Shown here in pieces: positions 10,279 to 19,799 of a DNA stretch of 32,000 nucleotides (position 1 is its first letter; each line of letters opens with the position of its first letter). Below the pieces are notes generated by a model. The model ran no database searches and was not told where the DNA came from. It worked only from the letters and a program-made list of their open reading frames with translations. The stretch covers positions 2,010,001 to 2,042,000 of the forward strand of contig NC_022349.1 in NCBI RefSeq assembly GCF_000354175.2. Reading direction: 5' to 3'. This DNA comes from Vibrio alginolyticus NBRC 15630 = ATCC 17749 (GTDB lineage: Bacteria > Pseudomonadota > Gammaproteobacteria > Enterobacterales > Vibrionaceae). The position numbers and the translations under genes are program-made.

Positions 10279-10997
10279 CTTTCATCATCCTCGGTTTTAC
10301 GTTGACGAATGTACAAGTAAACGGTGTGTTTTGAAATATTAAGGCGATCCGCGACACGGTTGATGGCATCTTTAATATCGAAGATACCTTTGTCGTACAA
10401 CTCCATCACGATCTGGCGATTTTTGGTGTTGTTAGACACGGATTTATCCGCATTGATCTCTTCGATGGTGCGTTCAACAGTTTGGTCCACCAGCTCTTCT
10501 ACGTCACTAGCAAAGTTGACCGAGGAAGCCGCTTCTTTCGCTTCTTGCGTCGGCATGAAAGACTGAAGGACTTGCGAGAAAGGCGCATCCAAGTTGACGT
10601 TGATACACAACAAACCAATCACGCGATTTTCGCCATTACGAATGGCGACAGTAATCGACTTCATCAACACGCCACCTTTTGCACGGGTAAAGTACGAACG
10701 TGAGAAGTTGCGCTCCGAGCCTTCGATGTCTTTTAGCATCTTAAGCGCTAAATCAGTGATTGGTGAGCCGACTTGGCGCCCCGTGTTTTCACCGTTAGCG
10801 ATTTTAATTGCAGAGGTATTTAAGTCTTCTAGAGAGTGAAGAACGATTTCACAAAATGGACCTATCAGGCTAGCGATACCATCCACGACCGCCTCATAAG
10901 ATCTTAAAATGATTTTGTCGTGCTCGGTAAACGGCATCACGTTAACGGATTCCATTTCGAGCAACATCTCCGCGTTTATTGTTTCTGTAGTTGTCAT
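10275..10997 (-). CDS. yheO: YheO-like transcriptional regulator (PAS-like N-domain plus C-terminal HTH)
   Basis: 240-aa ORF and first gene of yheO-tusDCB, as in E. coli. The C-terminal segment [21 protein letters not shown] is HTH-like. Confidence 0.85.
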   Translation of the reverse strand: MTTTETINAEMLLEMESVNVMPFTEHDKIILRSYEAVVDGIASLIGPFCEIVLHSLEDLNTSAIKIANGENTGRQVGSPITDLALKMLKDIEGSERNFSRSYFTRAKGGVLMKSITVAIRNGENRVIGLLCINVNLDAPFSQVLQSFMPTQEAKEAASSVNFASDVEELVDQTVERTIEEINADKSVSNNTKNRQIVMELYDKGIFDIKDAINRVADRLNISKHTVYLYIRQRKTEDDER

Positions 10998-11089
10998 AAG
11001 CCTTCGAGCGAAAAATCAACAAATTGGTGTAAGTTTATCAGAAAATTTGAAAAGCAACCTAGCAAACTCACCAACTAGTGACCTAGAAC

Positions 11090-11117
11090 AAAAAAGGCCC
11101 GTTAAACGGACCTTTTT
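11090..11117 (-). terminator. Rho-independent terminator after fkpA
   Basis: AAAAAA-GGCCCGT-taa-ACGGACC-TTTTT (one mismatch in the stem), 24 nt downstream of the fkpA stop. The minus-strand transcript ends in a U-run. Confidence 0.6.
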
Positions 11118-11140
11118 CAATAACTTATCGCAGCTTATTG

Positions 11141-11923
11141 TTATTGCTCTGCGTTGTCGTTCTCAACTTTTAGCAGCTCAACTTCAAATACTAGCGTTGA
11201 GTTAGCAGGAATGCTTGGTGTGTCTTGGTCACCGTATGCTAGCTCTGGCGGGATAACGAATTTGAATTTAGAACCCACAGGCATTAGCTGAACACCCTCT
11301 GTCCAACCTGGGATTACACGGTTAAGTGGGAACGTTGCAGGTTCACCACGATCGTATGAGCTGTCGAACTGAGTACCGTCGATCAGAGTACCTTTGTAGT
11401 GTACTTGAACCGTATCAGTGTCTTTTGGCTTCTCACCTTCAGCTGGTGTCATTACTTGGTATAGAAGACCTGTATCTGTCTTCACTACGCCTTCTTGCTT
11501 CTCAAACTCAGCACGGAAGTCATCGCCAGCTTTTTTCGCTTCAGCTGCTTTCTCAGCCGCTTGTGCTTGCATCTTTTCTGCAACACGCTTGTCTAGAGAT
11601 TCTAGTGCTGCACGTGTTTCTTCTTCATTCAATTCAGCATTGCCTTTGAAGACGTCTTCGATACCTTTTAGTACCAAATCTTTGTTAAGATTAATGCCGA
11701 TTTCGCTTGGCTTGTCGATGCTTGTGCTTAGGTAGTTAGCAAATGAAACACCGATTGCGTATGCCGCTTTGTCGTCGTCGGTTTTAAAGTGAACCGCTTT
11801 GCCGGTTTCTGCTTGAACTTGTTCTGCTTGAGGTGCGGTTTCTGTTTTAGTTTCTTCTTTCTGACAACCTACCGCTAGCATAACTGTTGCAGCAAGTAGC
11901 GACACTTTTAAAACTGATTTCAT
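11141..11923 (-). CDS. fkpA: FKBP-type peptidyl-prolyl cis-trans isomerase FkpA, with a lipobox-type signal peptide
   Basis: Start moved to ATG 11921-11923 (GGGAGA SD). The 260-aa protein begins MKSVLKVSLLAATVMLAVGC, compared with recalled E. coli FkpA MKSLFKVTLLATTMAVA. It has a dimerisation helix region and a C-terminal FKBP domain (VHYKGTLIDGTQFDSSY...PLNRVIPGWTEG...IPPELAYG). Confidence 0.9.
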   Translation of the reverse strand: MKSVLKVSLLAATVMLAVGCQKEETKTETAPQAEQVQAETGKAVHFKTDDDKAAYAIGVSFANYLSTSIDKPSEIGINLNKDLVLKGIEDVFKGNAELNEEETRAALESLDKRVAEKMQAQAAEKAAEAKKAGDDFRAEFEKQEGVVKTDTGLLYQVMTPAEGEKPKDTDTVQVHYKGTLIDGTQFDSSYDRGEPATFPLNRVIPGWTEGVQLMPVGSKFKFVIPPELAYGDQDTPSIPANSTLVFEVELLKVENDNAEQ

Positions 11924-12051
11924 TAAATTCTCCCAATAATGGCTCTGCCATTGGTTGTTGTGCACAAATCTTCTATGAGACTAGTGAAGACAATCGTTAT
12001 ACCAATATACTAGCTATATGTCTTAAGACACAAACCGGATTATTAGATGTG

Positions 12052-13038
12052 ATGCAAAGAATTTTTCATTTATTCCTATATTTAATTGTCATCACCACGT
12101 TAAATGGTTGCTTTTTCGCCGAGCGTGAAGTGCAGCGTTGGCCGATAGAACCTCAAGGTGCGACGAGCTTCGCACTTAGCAGAGATGGACGGTTTGCTCT
12201 GCTCTATTCTCAACAACGTCATTTGATGTTGTGGGACCTAGAGCAAAATGAACAACTAGCCAATCTGGGTGAACTCGATGCCGATGCCAATGTGGTTTCC
12301 CATATCCGCATATCTGACAATGGTCGCTACGCAATTACAGCAAGCCAAATGAACTTCGCAGTTTGGGACCTAGGCTGGACGCAATCCGAAGGCCTTTGGT
12401 CTATCTCTGATGCGCTCATTCGCGACGTTGATATCACCAGTAATGGTGAACAAGTTCTGCTTGGGTTATCCAACGGTAAAGCAATTTATGTCAACTTAGT
12501 CACCGGGCGTCGCATGGAGTTCCTTGCGCATCGTGAAAAAGTCAATTCCGTGGCCATTTCTCCTAATGGGCGCTTCGCCCTAACCGGGGGTAATGACTAT
12601 AAAGCGTATCTGTGGGATACCGAAACCGGACAAGTACTACGAACCTTCGAACATGAACAACGAATTGTTCGCGTGGCCCTGCAAAGAGATGGAAAATTAG
12701 CAATGACATCTGATGGCGGAAACCAAGCGATTGTTTGGAATTTAAAAACTGGACAAGAAGTCACACAGTTGAGCAGTTGGTCACGCCAATTAATTTTCTC
12801 TACCGCACGATTTTCTGACGACGGGACTCAACTAGTCACAGGAAGCCCTTCTGGCCGTGTGTCGATATGGGATACTCAAACCGGAAAACGAATGAGTGGA
12901 TTTGAAGTGGAGCCCAAAAAAGACACTCGCCCTCCCCGTGCGGTCGTGTATGATGCAGCCTTTGATTCAAAACAACGCGTAATTACTGCTACTTCAGCAG
13001 GTATTGCCCAAGCTTGGCAGTTAGAGAACGGATCATGA
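12052..13038 (+). CDS. WD40/beta-propeller repeat protein with an N-terminal signal or anchor (lipobox-like LNGC)
   Basis: The ORF-track start at 11887 overlaps fkpA and is rejected. ATG 12052 gives 328 aa starting MQRIFHLFLYLIVITTLNGC. Seven repeats of the pattern hydrophobic strand, S/D-x-(D/N)G, hydrophobic strand, W(D/N) are visible (for example LSRDGRFALL..LMLWDL, ISDNGRYAIT..FAVWDL, ISPNGRFALTGGNDYKAYLWDTETG, FSDDGTQLVTGSPSGRVSIWDTQTG). Confidence 0.8.
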   Translation: MQRIFHLFLYLIVITTLNGCFFAEREVQRWPIEPQGATSFALSRDGRFALLYSQQRHLMLWDLEQNEQLANLGELDADANVVSHIRISDNGRYAITASQMNFAVWDLGWTQSEGLWSISDALIRDVDITSNGEQVLLGLSNGKAIYVNLVTGRRMEFLAHREKVNSVAISPNGRFALTGGNDYKAYLWDTETGQVLRTFEHEQRIVRVALQRDGKLAMTSDGGNQAIVWNLKTGQEVTQLSSWSRQLIFSTARFSDDGTQLVTGSPSGRVSIWDTQTGKRMSGFEVEPKKDTRPPRAVVYDAAFDSKQRVITATSAGIAQAWQLENGS

Positions 13039-13262
13039 CAGAAAAAATCATTCAGCAATTGGAAGCACGCATTAATGACTTAGAATGTCAGCTTGCGTTC
13101 CAAGAACAGACTATTGAAGATCTGAACGGCGCTTTATCGCAGCAACAACTGCAAATTACCAAGATGCTCGATCAGATGAAATATGTGGTAGGTAAAGTAA
13201 AAAATATGGACTCGTCGAATTTAGCCGATCCGTCAGAAGAAACCCCACCACCGCATTATTAA
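13035..13262 (+). CDS. slyX: SlyX family protein (small coiled coil, function unknown)
   Basis: Start moved to ATG 13035, which overlaps the WD40 stop (ATGA). The 75-aa protein MTEKIIQQLEARINDLECQLAFQEQTIEDLNGALSQQQLQI... is SlyX-like in size and heptad pattern and ends PPPHY. Confidence 0.85.
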   Translation: MTEKIIQQLEARINDLECQLAFQEQTIEDLNGALSQQQLQITKMLDQMKYVVGKVKNMDSSNLADPSEETPPPHY

Positions 13263-13282
13263 AATGCAGGCTCAAATAGCAT

Positions 13283-13308
13283 AAAGCCCAGAACATGTTC
13301 TGGGCTTT
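13283..13308. terminator. Bidirectional terminator between convergent slyX and iaaA
   Basis: Perfect 26-nt palindrome AAAGCCCAGAACA|TGTTCTGGGCTTT, with GTTGT following on the plus strand. Confidence 0.7.
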
Positions 13309-13345
13309 GTTGTATTAATTACTTAAGAAGGTACTCAAGAAGAAG

Positions 13346-14299
13346 CTATTCGTCGGCGTAGATTTTAACGCTCAGCTCGCCTTGCGTATTAATGCCTGCT
13401 CGGTACATGCCAGAACTGTTCATCGCAAAGTGCATCTCACCTTTAGCATCAATGGCAATCAAACCGCCCTCTCCGCCCATCTGTTTGAGAGCACCTTGGA
13501 TAATGTGTTCACAAGCCGTATGAATATCTTCTTGTAAGTAACGCATACGTGCTGCAACGTCTTCCGCAACACGTTTACGAATAAAGAACTCACCGACACC
13601 CGTAGTGGAAACTGCCACAACGCCATTTTCGGCCACCGTACCACAACCAATCAGAGCCGAATCTCCGACTCGGTTGTATTTCTTATTCGTCACGCCACCC
13701 GTACTGGTGGCAGCGGCTAAGTTGCCTTGTTGATCTAACGCTACCGCACCAACCGTACCGTGCTTACGGTCATCTGGGTAACGAGATTCCGACAAAGCAA
13801 ACAGTCCTTTCTCACGCATAGACAGCAACTGCTCATAACGGCGATCAGTAAAGAAGTAATCTTGCTCGGTATACTCATGGCCTTGCTCAAAAGCAAACTT
13901 CTCTGCGCCCTCACCCACCAACAACACATGATTGCTGTTTCGCATCACGTCACGAGCGAGCTCAATTGGGTTTCTAATATGACGAACACCTGCGACCGCA
14001 CCTGCTGCAAGGTTTCGCCCATCCATCACAGAAGCGTCCATTTCAACCATTTCGTTGTTGGTCAGCACTGAGCCTTTACCCGCATTAAAGTTAGGAGAGT
14101 CTTCCAATACTTTCACTGCCGCTACGACGGCATCTAAGGCTTCACCGCCCGTTTCTAGAATTTGATGTCCCGCTTTTACCGCAGCTTCTAAATCCGCCAA
14201 GATGGATTGTTGCAGCTCATCGCTCATCTGTTCACGCAAGATGGTGCCCGCACCACCATGAATGGCAATCGAGAAAGGTTTCGTCATCACTTTGTCCAA
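13346..14299 (-). CDS. iaaA: Isoaspartyl peptidase / L-asparaginase (Ntn-hydrolase)
   Basis: 317 aa from a TTG start at 14299 (AAGGAA SD 6 nt upstream); ATG at 14287 is an alternative start. IAIHGGAGTI, the autoprocessing site HG|TVGAVALD and AATSTGG are colinear with recalled E. coli IaaA. Confidence 0.88.
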   Translation of the reverse strand: MDKVMTKPFSIAIHGGAGTILREQMSDELQQSILADLEAAVKAGHQILETGGEALDAVVAAVKVLEDSPNFNAGKGSVLTNNEMVEMDASVMDGRNLAAGAVAGVRHIRNPIELARDVMRNSNHVLLVGEGAEKFAFEQGHEYTEQDYFFTDRRYEQLLSMREKGLFALSESRYPDDRKHGTVGAVALDQQGNLAAATSTGGVTNKKYNRVGDSALIGCGTVAENGVVAVSTTGVGEFFIRKRVAEDVAARMRYLQEDIHTACEHIIQGALKQMGGEGGLIAIDAKGEMHFAMNSSGMYRAGINTQGELSVKIYADE

Positions 14300-14340
14300 C
14301 TGTTATTCCTTGTATGGTTGGCACTACACCTTAGATAAAC

Positions 14341-14375
14341 AAAAAGCGCAAGTTGAAAACTCAACTTGCGCTTTT
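14341..14375 (-). terminator. Rho-independent terminator after slyD
   Basis: AAAAA-GCGCAAGTTGA-aaac-TCAACTTGCGC-TTTT: a perfect 11-bp stem, with a U-run following the stem on the minus strand. Confidence 0.7.
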
Positions 14376-14418
14376 CAAAGCTTTGCTAGATAAGATTATC
14401 TAGTGAAGGAGCTTATGA

Positions 14419-14970
14419 TTAGTGAGAACCACAGCTACCGCCGCCACAGCAGCCGCCTTCTTCTTCGTGATCGTGGTCATGATCGTGACCACCACAACAG
14501 CCACCACCTTGGTGGATGTGACCGTGTTCGATCTCTTCTGCTGTTGCTTCACGTGTAGACATAACCTCTACTTCGAAAGTTAGTGTTTGACCAGCTAACA
14601 TATGGTTACCGTCAACAACCACTTCGTTGCCGTCAACTTCTGTTACTTCAACAGGGATTGGACCTTGGTCAGTGTCAGCTAGGAAGCGCATGCCCACTTC
14701 GATTTGCTCAACGCCTTGGAATACGTCCGCAGGAACGCGCTGTACTAGCGCATCGTTGTGCTCACCGTAAGCTTCTTCAGGAGCTACCGTTACTGAGAAC
14801 TTGTCGCCAGCCACTTTACCTTCAAGTTCTTTTTCAAGACCTGTGATTAGGTTGTTGTGACCGTGAAGGTAATCTAGGGGTGCTTCTGCTGTTGATTGAT
14901 CAACAACGACACCGTCTTCCATCATTACTTTGTATGCAAGGCTTGCAACAACGTTCTTTTCAATTTTCAT
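14419..14970 (-). CDS. slyD: FKBP-type PPIase / metallochaperone SlyD
   Basis: Start moved to ATG 14968-14970 (GGAG SD). The 183-aa protein MKIEKNVVASLAYKVMMEDGVVVD...PLDYLHGHNNLITGLE...VDGNHMLAG is colinear with recalled E. coli SlyD. It has a His/Cys/Gly-rich C-terminal tail. Confidence 0.93.
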   Translation of the reverse strand: MKIEKNVVASLAYKVMMEDGVVVDQSTAEAPLDYLHGHNNLITGLEKELEGKVAGDKFSVTVAPEEAYGEHNDALVQRVPADVFQGVEQIEVGMRFLADTDQGPIPVEVTEVDGNEVVVDGNHMLAGQTLTFEVEVMSTREATAEEIEHGHIHQGGGCCGGHDHDHDHEEEGGCCGGGSCGSH

Positions 14971-15062
14971 ACTAACTCCAGGGAGATTAATTGACTTAAC
15001 CTGAATGGGGTTAAGTACTGAGATATCTGGGTGTATTATGGGGATCAATTATCGAAGTTCAA

Positions 15063-15263
15063 TTATTCCGGCTTAAAAATTCCGATCATTTCCTGATCTG
15101 AGTGTTTATTTTTCTCTACAGATTGTGGTTTGCGCTGCTCTGTAAACTCACACTCGACACACTCAACTAACTCGATGTTATTTTCAATCCACCAGCGCAG
15201 GGTATCTTGCTGGCTGCAATTTGGGCAGCTAGCGCCTGCAATAAAACGTTTCTTGATTTTCAC
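15063..15263 (-). CDS. yheV: YheV family zinc-ribbon protein
   Basis: 66 aa with a GTG start and an AAGGAA SD. It has a CPNC...CVEC four-cysteine pattern and lies between slyD and kefB, as in E. coli. Confidence 0.8.
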   Translation of the reverse strand: MKIKKRFIAGASCPNCSQQDTLRWWIENNIELVECVECEFTEQRKPQSVEKNKHSDQEMIGIFKPE

Positions 15264-15296
15264 GCTATTTCCTTAGCTTGAGTCTTGGCTCAAGTA

Positions 15297-17093
15297 CTAC
15301 TTCCAATGATTAGGTGACTGATGGTCGCTCTCCATTTCACGACCAAATATTTCTTCTAGCTCTTTGCGTGCCTCTTTCGCCCTTTGAGCTAATTTCTTAT
15401 CTTCATTGTGTTGAGGCAATAAGTCCTTAAGCATAGCATTATCCAACTTGCGAAAATGTGCTTCTGCCCGCTTTGCTTGATAAGGATGCATACCCAGTTC
15501 TACGAGCGCTTGGCGACCGAGATCTAGCGCCCCTAAAAATGTTTCACGAGAGTAATTCTCTACACCATGACTCATTAACTGGTAAGCCTCGACACGGCTT
15601 CTTGCTCGGGCTAACAACTTAAGTTTCGGGAAGTGCACGCGACAAATGTCCACGATGGCCATCACCTCATCAGGTGAATCAGTACAAATAATCAATGCTT
15701 CCGCTTTATCAGCGCCAGCAGCCCTCAATAGGTCAATTTGTGTAGCATCGCCATAAAACACTTTGTAACCATACTTACGTAATAGGTGGATTTGGCTGGC
15801 ATCACTTTCTAATACTGTCACTTTGATTTTATTGGCATACATTAAACGTCCGACGATCTGACCGAAACGTCCAAAGCCTGCAATGATAACGCGTGGTCGG
15901 CGATCCACGACTTTCGTGGTCATGCCCTCTTCTTCTTGATTCAGGGTATGAGCAAACCACTTCTTTTGTCCCATCAGCAAAAGAGGAGTCGTCACCATGG
16001 ATAGACTGACCACCACCAACAGAAACGCCACTTGCTCTTTGGACAAAATGCCCTCTTGGCTCGCCGCGGTAAATATGACAAAGGCAAACTCACCGCCTTG
16101 GCTCAAAATTGCAGCCATACGGCTTCTCGCTTTGGCTCCGACACGGGCAGCTCTCGCCAATGCATACAAAACCAAACCCTTAACCACGACCAAAGCCACC
16201 ACCGCACCGAGAATCTCTAAAGGATGTAATGCCAATAACCCCAAGTTTACCGCCATGCCCACCGCAATAAAGAATAACCCCAACAACAGACCTTTAAATG
16301 GCTCGATAGCGATTTCCAACTCATGGCGATACTCACTCTCTGCCAGCAAAACGCCTGCTAAAAAAGTCCCCAATGCCATCGAAAGGCCGAGCTTTTGCAT
16401 CACGACCGAAATGCCAAGCACGACTAAAAGTGCAGCAACGGTAAAGAGTTCACGAACGCCGCTCATCACGACAAAACGAAATAGCGGACGTAGTAAAAAG
16501 TGACCACCAATCAACAGTGCTACCACACTGCCTAAAATAGTGAAGACATCCAACCAACTTCCACCACTATGCCCGCCTGCTAGCAAGGGCAACATCGCCA
16601 GCATCGGGATCACTGCAATATCTTGAAAGAGCAGCACCGCAAAACCAGATTGCCCCGTTTCGGTACCATTAAGCCCTTGCTCTTCAATGACTTTAAGCGC
16701 AATCGCCGTCGAGGATAGCGCCAACCCCATCCCGATCACTAAACTCACTTGCATGCTTACGCCAAACATACTGACGACACTACCAATCACGGCGGTCGTG
16801 ACCACAACCTGCGCACCGCCTAAACCTAAAATCGGCCCTCGCATCTGCCACAATTTTTTAGGGTTTAATTCCAGCCCTATCAAAAACAGTAACAACACAA
16901 CCCCAAGCTCGGCAAAATGCAAAATGGCATCAACGTCGCTAATTAAGCCAAGCCCCCATGGGCCAATCAACACACCAGCGAGTAAATAACCTAAAACCGA
17001 GCCAAGCCCAAGGCGCTGAGCAATCGGCACCGCAATAACCGCAGCCGAAAGAAAGACCACACTGCTTTGAAGAAACTCACTGGTGATCGCCAT
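15297..17093 (-). CDS. kefB: Glutathione-regulated K+-efflux system protein KefB
   Basis: Start moved to ATG 17091-17093, giving 598 aa. [49 protein letters not shown] is colinear with recalled E. coli KefB. It has a KTN/Rossmann motif, [10 protein letters not shown]. Confidence 0.92.
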   Translation of the reverse strand: MAITSEFLQSSVVFLSAAVIAVPIAQRLGLGSVLGYLLAGVLIGPWGLGLISDVDAILHFAELGVVLLLFLIGLELNPKKLWQMRGPILGLGGAQVVVTTAVIGSVVSMFGVSMQVSLVIGMGLALSSTAIALKVIEEQGLNGTETGQSGFAVLLFQDIAVIPMLAMLPLLAGGHSGGSWLDVFTILGSVVALLIGGHFLLRPLFRFVVMSGVRELFTVAALLVVLGISVVMQKLGLSMALGTFLAGVLLAESEYRHELEIAIEPFKGLLLGLFFIAVGMAVNLGLLALHPLEILGAVVALVVVKGLVLYALARAARVGAKARSRMAAILSQGGEFAFVIFTAASQEGILSKEQVAFLLVVVSLSMVTTPLLLMGQKKWFAHTLNQEEEGMTTKVVDRRPRVIIAGFGRFGQIVGRLMYANKIKVTVLESDASQIHLLRKYGYKVFYGDATQIDLLRAAGADKAEALIICTDSPDEVMAIVDICRVHFPKLKLLARARSRVEAYQLMSHGVENYSRETFLGALDLGRQALVELGMHPYQAKRAEAHFRKLDNAMLKDLLPQHNEDKKLAQRAKEARKELEEIFGREMESDHQSPNHWK

Positions 17094-17670
17094 ACTGACC
17101 TCCTCGCTCTGCCGCTTGCCAGTTTTCAAGTGGGTTACTCAGCCATCCACGGTATAACTCGGCATGTTCGTAGCGTTCAATATCTGAAACATTTCTTGAC
17201 CAATACAACACCAGTGGTTCAATCCAGTGCATTTGACATAGGGCTGCCGTCAGTTCAAACGGTTGCAAGATTTGCTCAAGTGGGTATTTGTTGTACCCCT
17301 TCGCGCTGAAGGCTTCTTCTTTACCACCTGTTGTAATGACACTGCGCCAGTATTTTCCTTCTAGCGCCGCACCTCCGCCAAACGCAAAGCCTTTACCTAA
17401 CACTCGGTCTAGCCACTCTTTTAATAGGGCTGGACATGAATACATATAAAGTGGGTGGTGAAATACAATCACATCGTGAGCGAGCAACAACTCATGTTCG
17501 TAATTCACATCAATAAAGAAATCGGGGTAAACACCGTAAAGATCGTGCACAGTGACGTGATCAAGCGACTGAGCTTTTTTTATCATCACTTGATTGGCAA
17601 TCGAGTTATGTGGCTCTGGATGAGCATAAATGACCAGAACTTTTGGGAGAATAGACGGTGCAACAGCCAA
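17077..17670 (-). CDS. kefG: KefB ancillary protein KefG (flavodoxin-like / NQO-type fold)
   Basis: [10 protein letters not shown]...YPDFFID...[20 protein letters not shown]...[10 protein letters not shown] matches recalled E. coli KefG. I prefer the TTG start at 17670 (AAGGA SD 7 nt upstream; N-terminal length like E. coli) over the TTG at 17706, which has no SD. The 3' end overlaps the kefB start by 17 nt. Confidence 0.85.
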   Translation of the reverse strand: MAVAPSILPKVLVIYAHPEPHNSIANQVMIKKAQSLDHVTVHDLYGVYPDFFIDVNYEHELLLAHDVIVFHHPLYMYSCPALLKEWLDRVLGKGFAFGGGAALEGKYWRSVITTGGKEEAFSAKGYNKYPLEQILQPFELTAALCQMHWIEPLVLYWSRNVSDIERYEHAELYRGWLSNPLENWQAAERGGQYGDHQ

Positions 17671-17879
17671 ATGGTCGTCCTTGTGGTTATTTTTATCCGT
17701 TATCAAATTGTTATACTTTTTTGTACAGCATAATGCAATTAAAGCGAATCAATCGACTTTTCCGGCCAATACCCCTACTATTCACCGCTAGATATATACC
17801 CAAGTGGCTTTAAAAACGATTGAAACCACTTCGCTATGTAACCAAGCAACGCGCACTGCGCAAAGTGAATGAAAACTTT

Positions 17880-19799
17880 ATGATTACCTTCTCTGATATT
17901 CAGTTACTGCGTGGCGGTAAACCTCTTTTAGACCAAGCTTCTGCGACTATTCACCCTGGCGATAAAGTCGGTCTTGTGGGCAAAAACGGCTGCGGTAAAT
18001 CAACGCTGTTTGCCCTACTGAAAGATGAACTGTCAATTGATGCTGGCTCATTTAGCCAACCTCAACACTGGGAGTTGGCCTGGGTCGCACAGGAAACGCC
18101 TGCGCTAGAGCGCACTGCACTGGAATACGTCATTGATGGTGATCGCGAGTACCGCTCTCTCGAAAAGCAGTTAGCTGAAGCAGAAACACAAGACAACGGA
18201 ACCCTAGTTGCCGAGATACACGGTAAAATTGAAACCATTGGTGGTTACAGCATTCGCGCTCGCGCGGCAGAACTGCTCGATGGTTTAGGGTTCAGCCAAG
18301 AGCAAATGAGTTGGAGTTTGACCCAATTCTCGGGTGGTTGGCGTATGCGTCTTAACTTGGCTCAAGCGCTATTGTGTCGTTCTGATCTACTGCTACTCGA
18401 CGAACCAACCAACCACTTGGATTTGGACGCGGTAATGTGGTTAGAGCGTTGGCTACAAAACTACCCTGGCACGCTGATTCTGATCTCGCACGACCGTGAC
18501 TTCTTGGATCCGATCGTTGGTCGCATCATTCACATCGAGAATCAGCAGCTGAACGAATACACGGGTAACTACTCGTCATTCGAAAACCAACGCGCACAAA
18601 AGATGGTGTTACAACAAGCGATGTTTGAAAAGCAACAGAAGCAGATGTCTCACATGCAAAGCTACATCGACCGCTTCCGTTACAAAGCCTCTAAAGCACG
18701 CCAGGCTCAAAGCCGTATTAAAGCTTTGGAGCGCATGGAGAAAGTGTTACCAGCTCAATTCGATAACCCATTTAGCTTCCAATTCCGTGAGCCAGCTGCG
18801 CTGCCAAACCCAATCATGATGATGGATGAAGTATCTGCAGGTTACGGTGACAACCTCATCTTAGAGAAGATCCGCTTGAACTTGGTTCCTGGCAGTCGTA
18901 TTGGTCTACTCGGCCGTAATGGTGCGGGTAAATCGACATTAATCAAGCTGCTCTCTGGTGAACTTAACGCGCAAGGTGGTGACCTAACTTACTCACAAGG
19001 CGTGAAAATTGGTTACTTCGCTCAGCACCAGTTAGAAACGCTTCACCCTGAAGAAACGCCGCTGCAACACATGATGCAAATCGCACCCGATCAAACCGAA
19101 CAGCAGCTACGTGATTACCTAGGTAGCTTTGGCTTCCAAGGTGACAAAGCACTAGAAAAAGTTGCGCCGTTTTCTGGTGGCGAAAAAGCCCGTTTGGTAT
19201 TGGCTTTAATTGTGTGGCAAAAGCCAAACCTGTTGCTACTTGATGAACCGACCAACCACTTAGACTTGGACATGCGCCAAGCACTTACGATGGCACTGCA
19301 AACATTCGAAGGTGCGATGGTGATTGTTTCGCACGACCGCTATTTACTGCGCGCTACGACCGATGACTTGTATTTAGTGCATGATCGACAAGTTGCTCCG
19401 TTCGACGGTGATTTAAATGACTATTATAAATGGTTAACCGAACAACAAAGAGCGGAACGCAAAGAAGCGCAGGCTGCGCAGCCAAGCAAAGATACGGCCA
19501 ACAGCGCAGCTGCGAAGAAAGAGCAAAAACGTCGCGATGCAGAGTTTCGAAAACAGACAGCGCCAATTCGCAAAACGCTGACACAACTAGAAAATAAAAT
19601 GGATAAGTTAGGTGCTGCACTGGCCGAAGCTGAAGAACAATTGGCGGACAACTCACTGTATGCGGCCGAAAATAAAGCTAAACTTAACCAAGTGCTGGCA
19701 CTTCAAGCTTCCAGTAAAGCTGAGCTCGAAGAAATTGAAATGGAATGGATGTCTGCTCAAGAAACGTTGGAGCAGATGGAGCTAGAGTTTAATCAATGA
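17880..19799 (+). CDS. yheS: ABC-F family ATPase YheS (two ABC domains, no TMD, charged C-terminal coiled coil)
   Basis: Start moved to ATG 17880, giving 639 aa. MITFSDIQLLRGGKPLLDQASATIHPGDKVGLVGKNGCGKST is colinear with recalled E. coli YheS. Second Walker A is GRNGAGKST; signature motifs are FSGGWRMRL and FSGGEKARL. Confidence 0.92.
   Translation: MITFSDIQLLRGGKPLLDQASATIHPGDKVGLVGKNGCGKSTLFALLKDELSIDAGSFSQPQHWELAWVAQETPALERTALEYVIDGDREYRSLEKQLAEAETQDNGTLVAEIHGKIETIGGYSIRARAAELLDGLGFSQEQMSWSLTQFSGGWRMRLNLAQALLCRSDLLLLDEPTNHLDLDAVMWLERWLQNYPGTLILISHDRDFLDPIVGRIIHIENQQLNEYTGNYSSFENQRAQKMVLQQAMFEKQQKQMSHMQSYIDRFRYKASKARQAQSRIKALERMEKVLPAQFDNPFSFQFREPAALPNPIMMMDEVSAGYGDNLILEKIRLNLVPGSRIGLLGRNGAGKSTLIKLLSGELNAQGGDLTYSQGVKIGYFAQHQLETLHPEETPLQHMMQIAPDQTEQQLRDYLGSFGFQGDKALEKVAPFSGGEKARLVLALIVWQKPNLLLLDEPTNHLDLDMRQALTMALQTFEGAMVIVSHDRYLLRATTDDLYLVHDRQVAPFDGDLNDYYKWLTEQQRAERKEAQAAQPSKDTANSAAAKKEQKRRDAEFRKQTAPIRKTLTQLENKMDKLGAALAEAEEQLADNSLYAAENKAKLNQVLALQASSKAELEEIEMEWMSAQETLEQMELEFNQ

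Noticed and set aside
11887-12051. N-terminal extension of the WD40 ORF given by the ORF track (start at 11887).
   Set aside because: It would overlap the fkpA start and its promoter region, and it encodes a non-signal-like peptide. The internal ATG at 12052 begins a proper hydrophobic signal. I applied the same logic to trim the track starts of bfr, bfd, fkpA, slyX, slyD, kefB, kefG, yheS, astD, astA and pabA.
14440-14530. Short repetitive DNA (gtgatcgtggtcatgatcgtgacc, ccaccacaacagccacc), considered as a tandem repeat element.
   Set aside because: It simply encodes the HDHDHDH and GGCCGG tail of SlyD in frame.
15997-16503. 168-aa plus-strand ORF antisense to kefB. Similar long antisense or alternative-frame ORFs occur at 2898-3242, 11326-11735, 24615-25046, 25674-26092, 30304-30681 and 21669-21947.
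   Set aside because: They lie wholly inside well-supported genes on the other strand or in another frame. Their translations are low-complexity (Thr/Ser/Ala/Pro/Arg-rich), they lack SD sequences, and they are the usual shadow ORFs of coding sequence.
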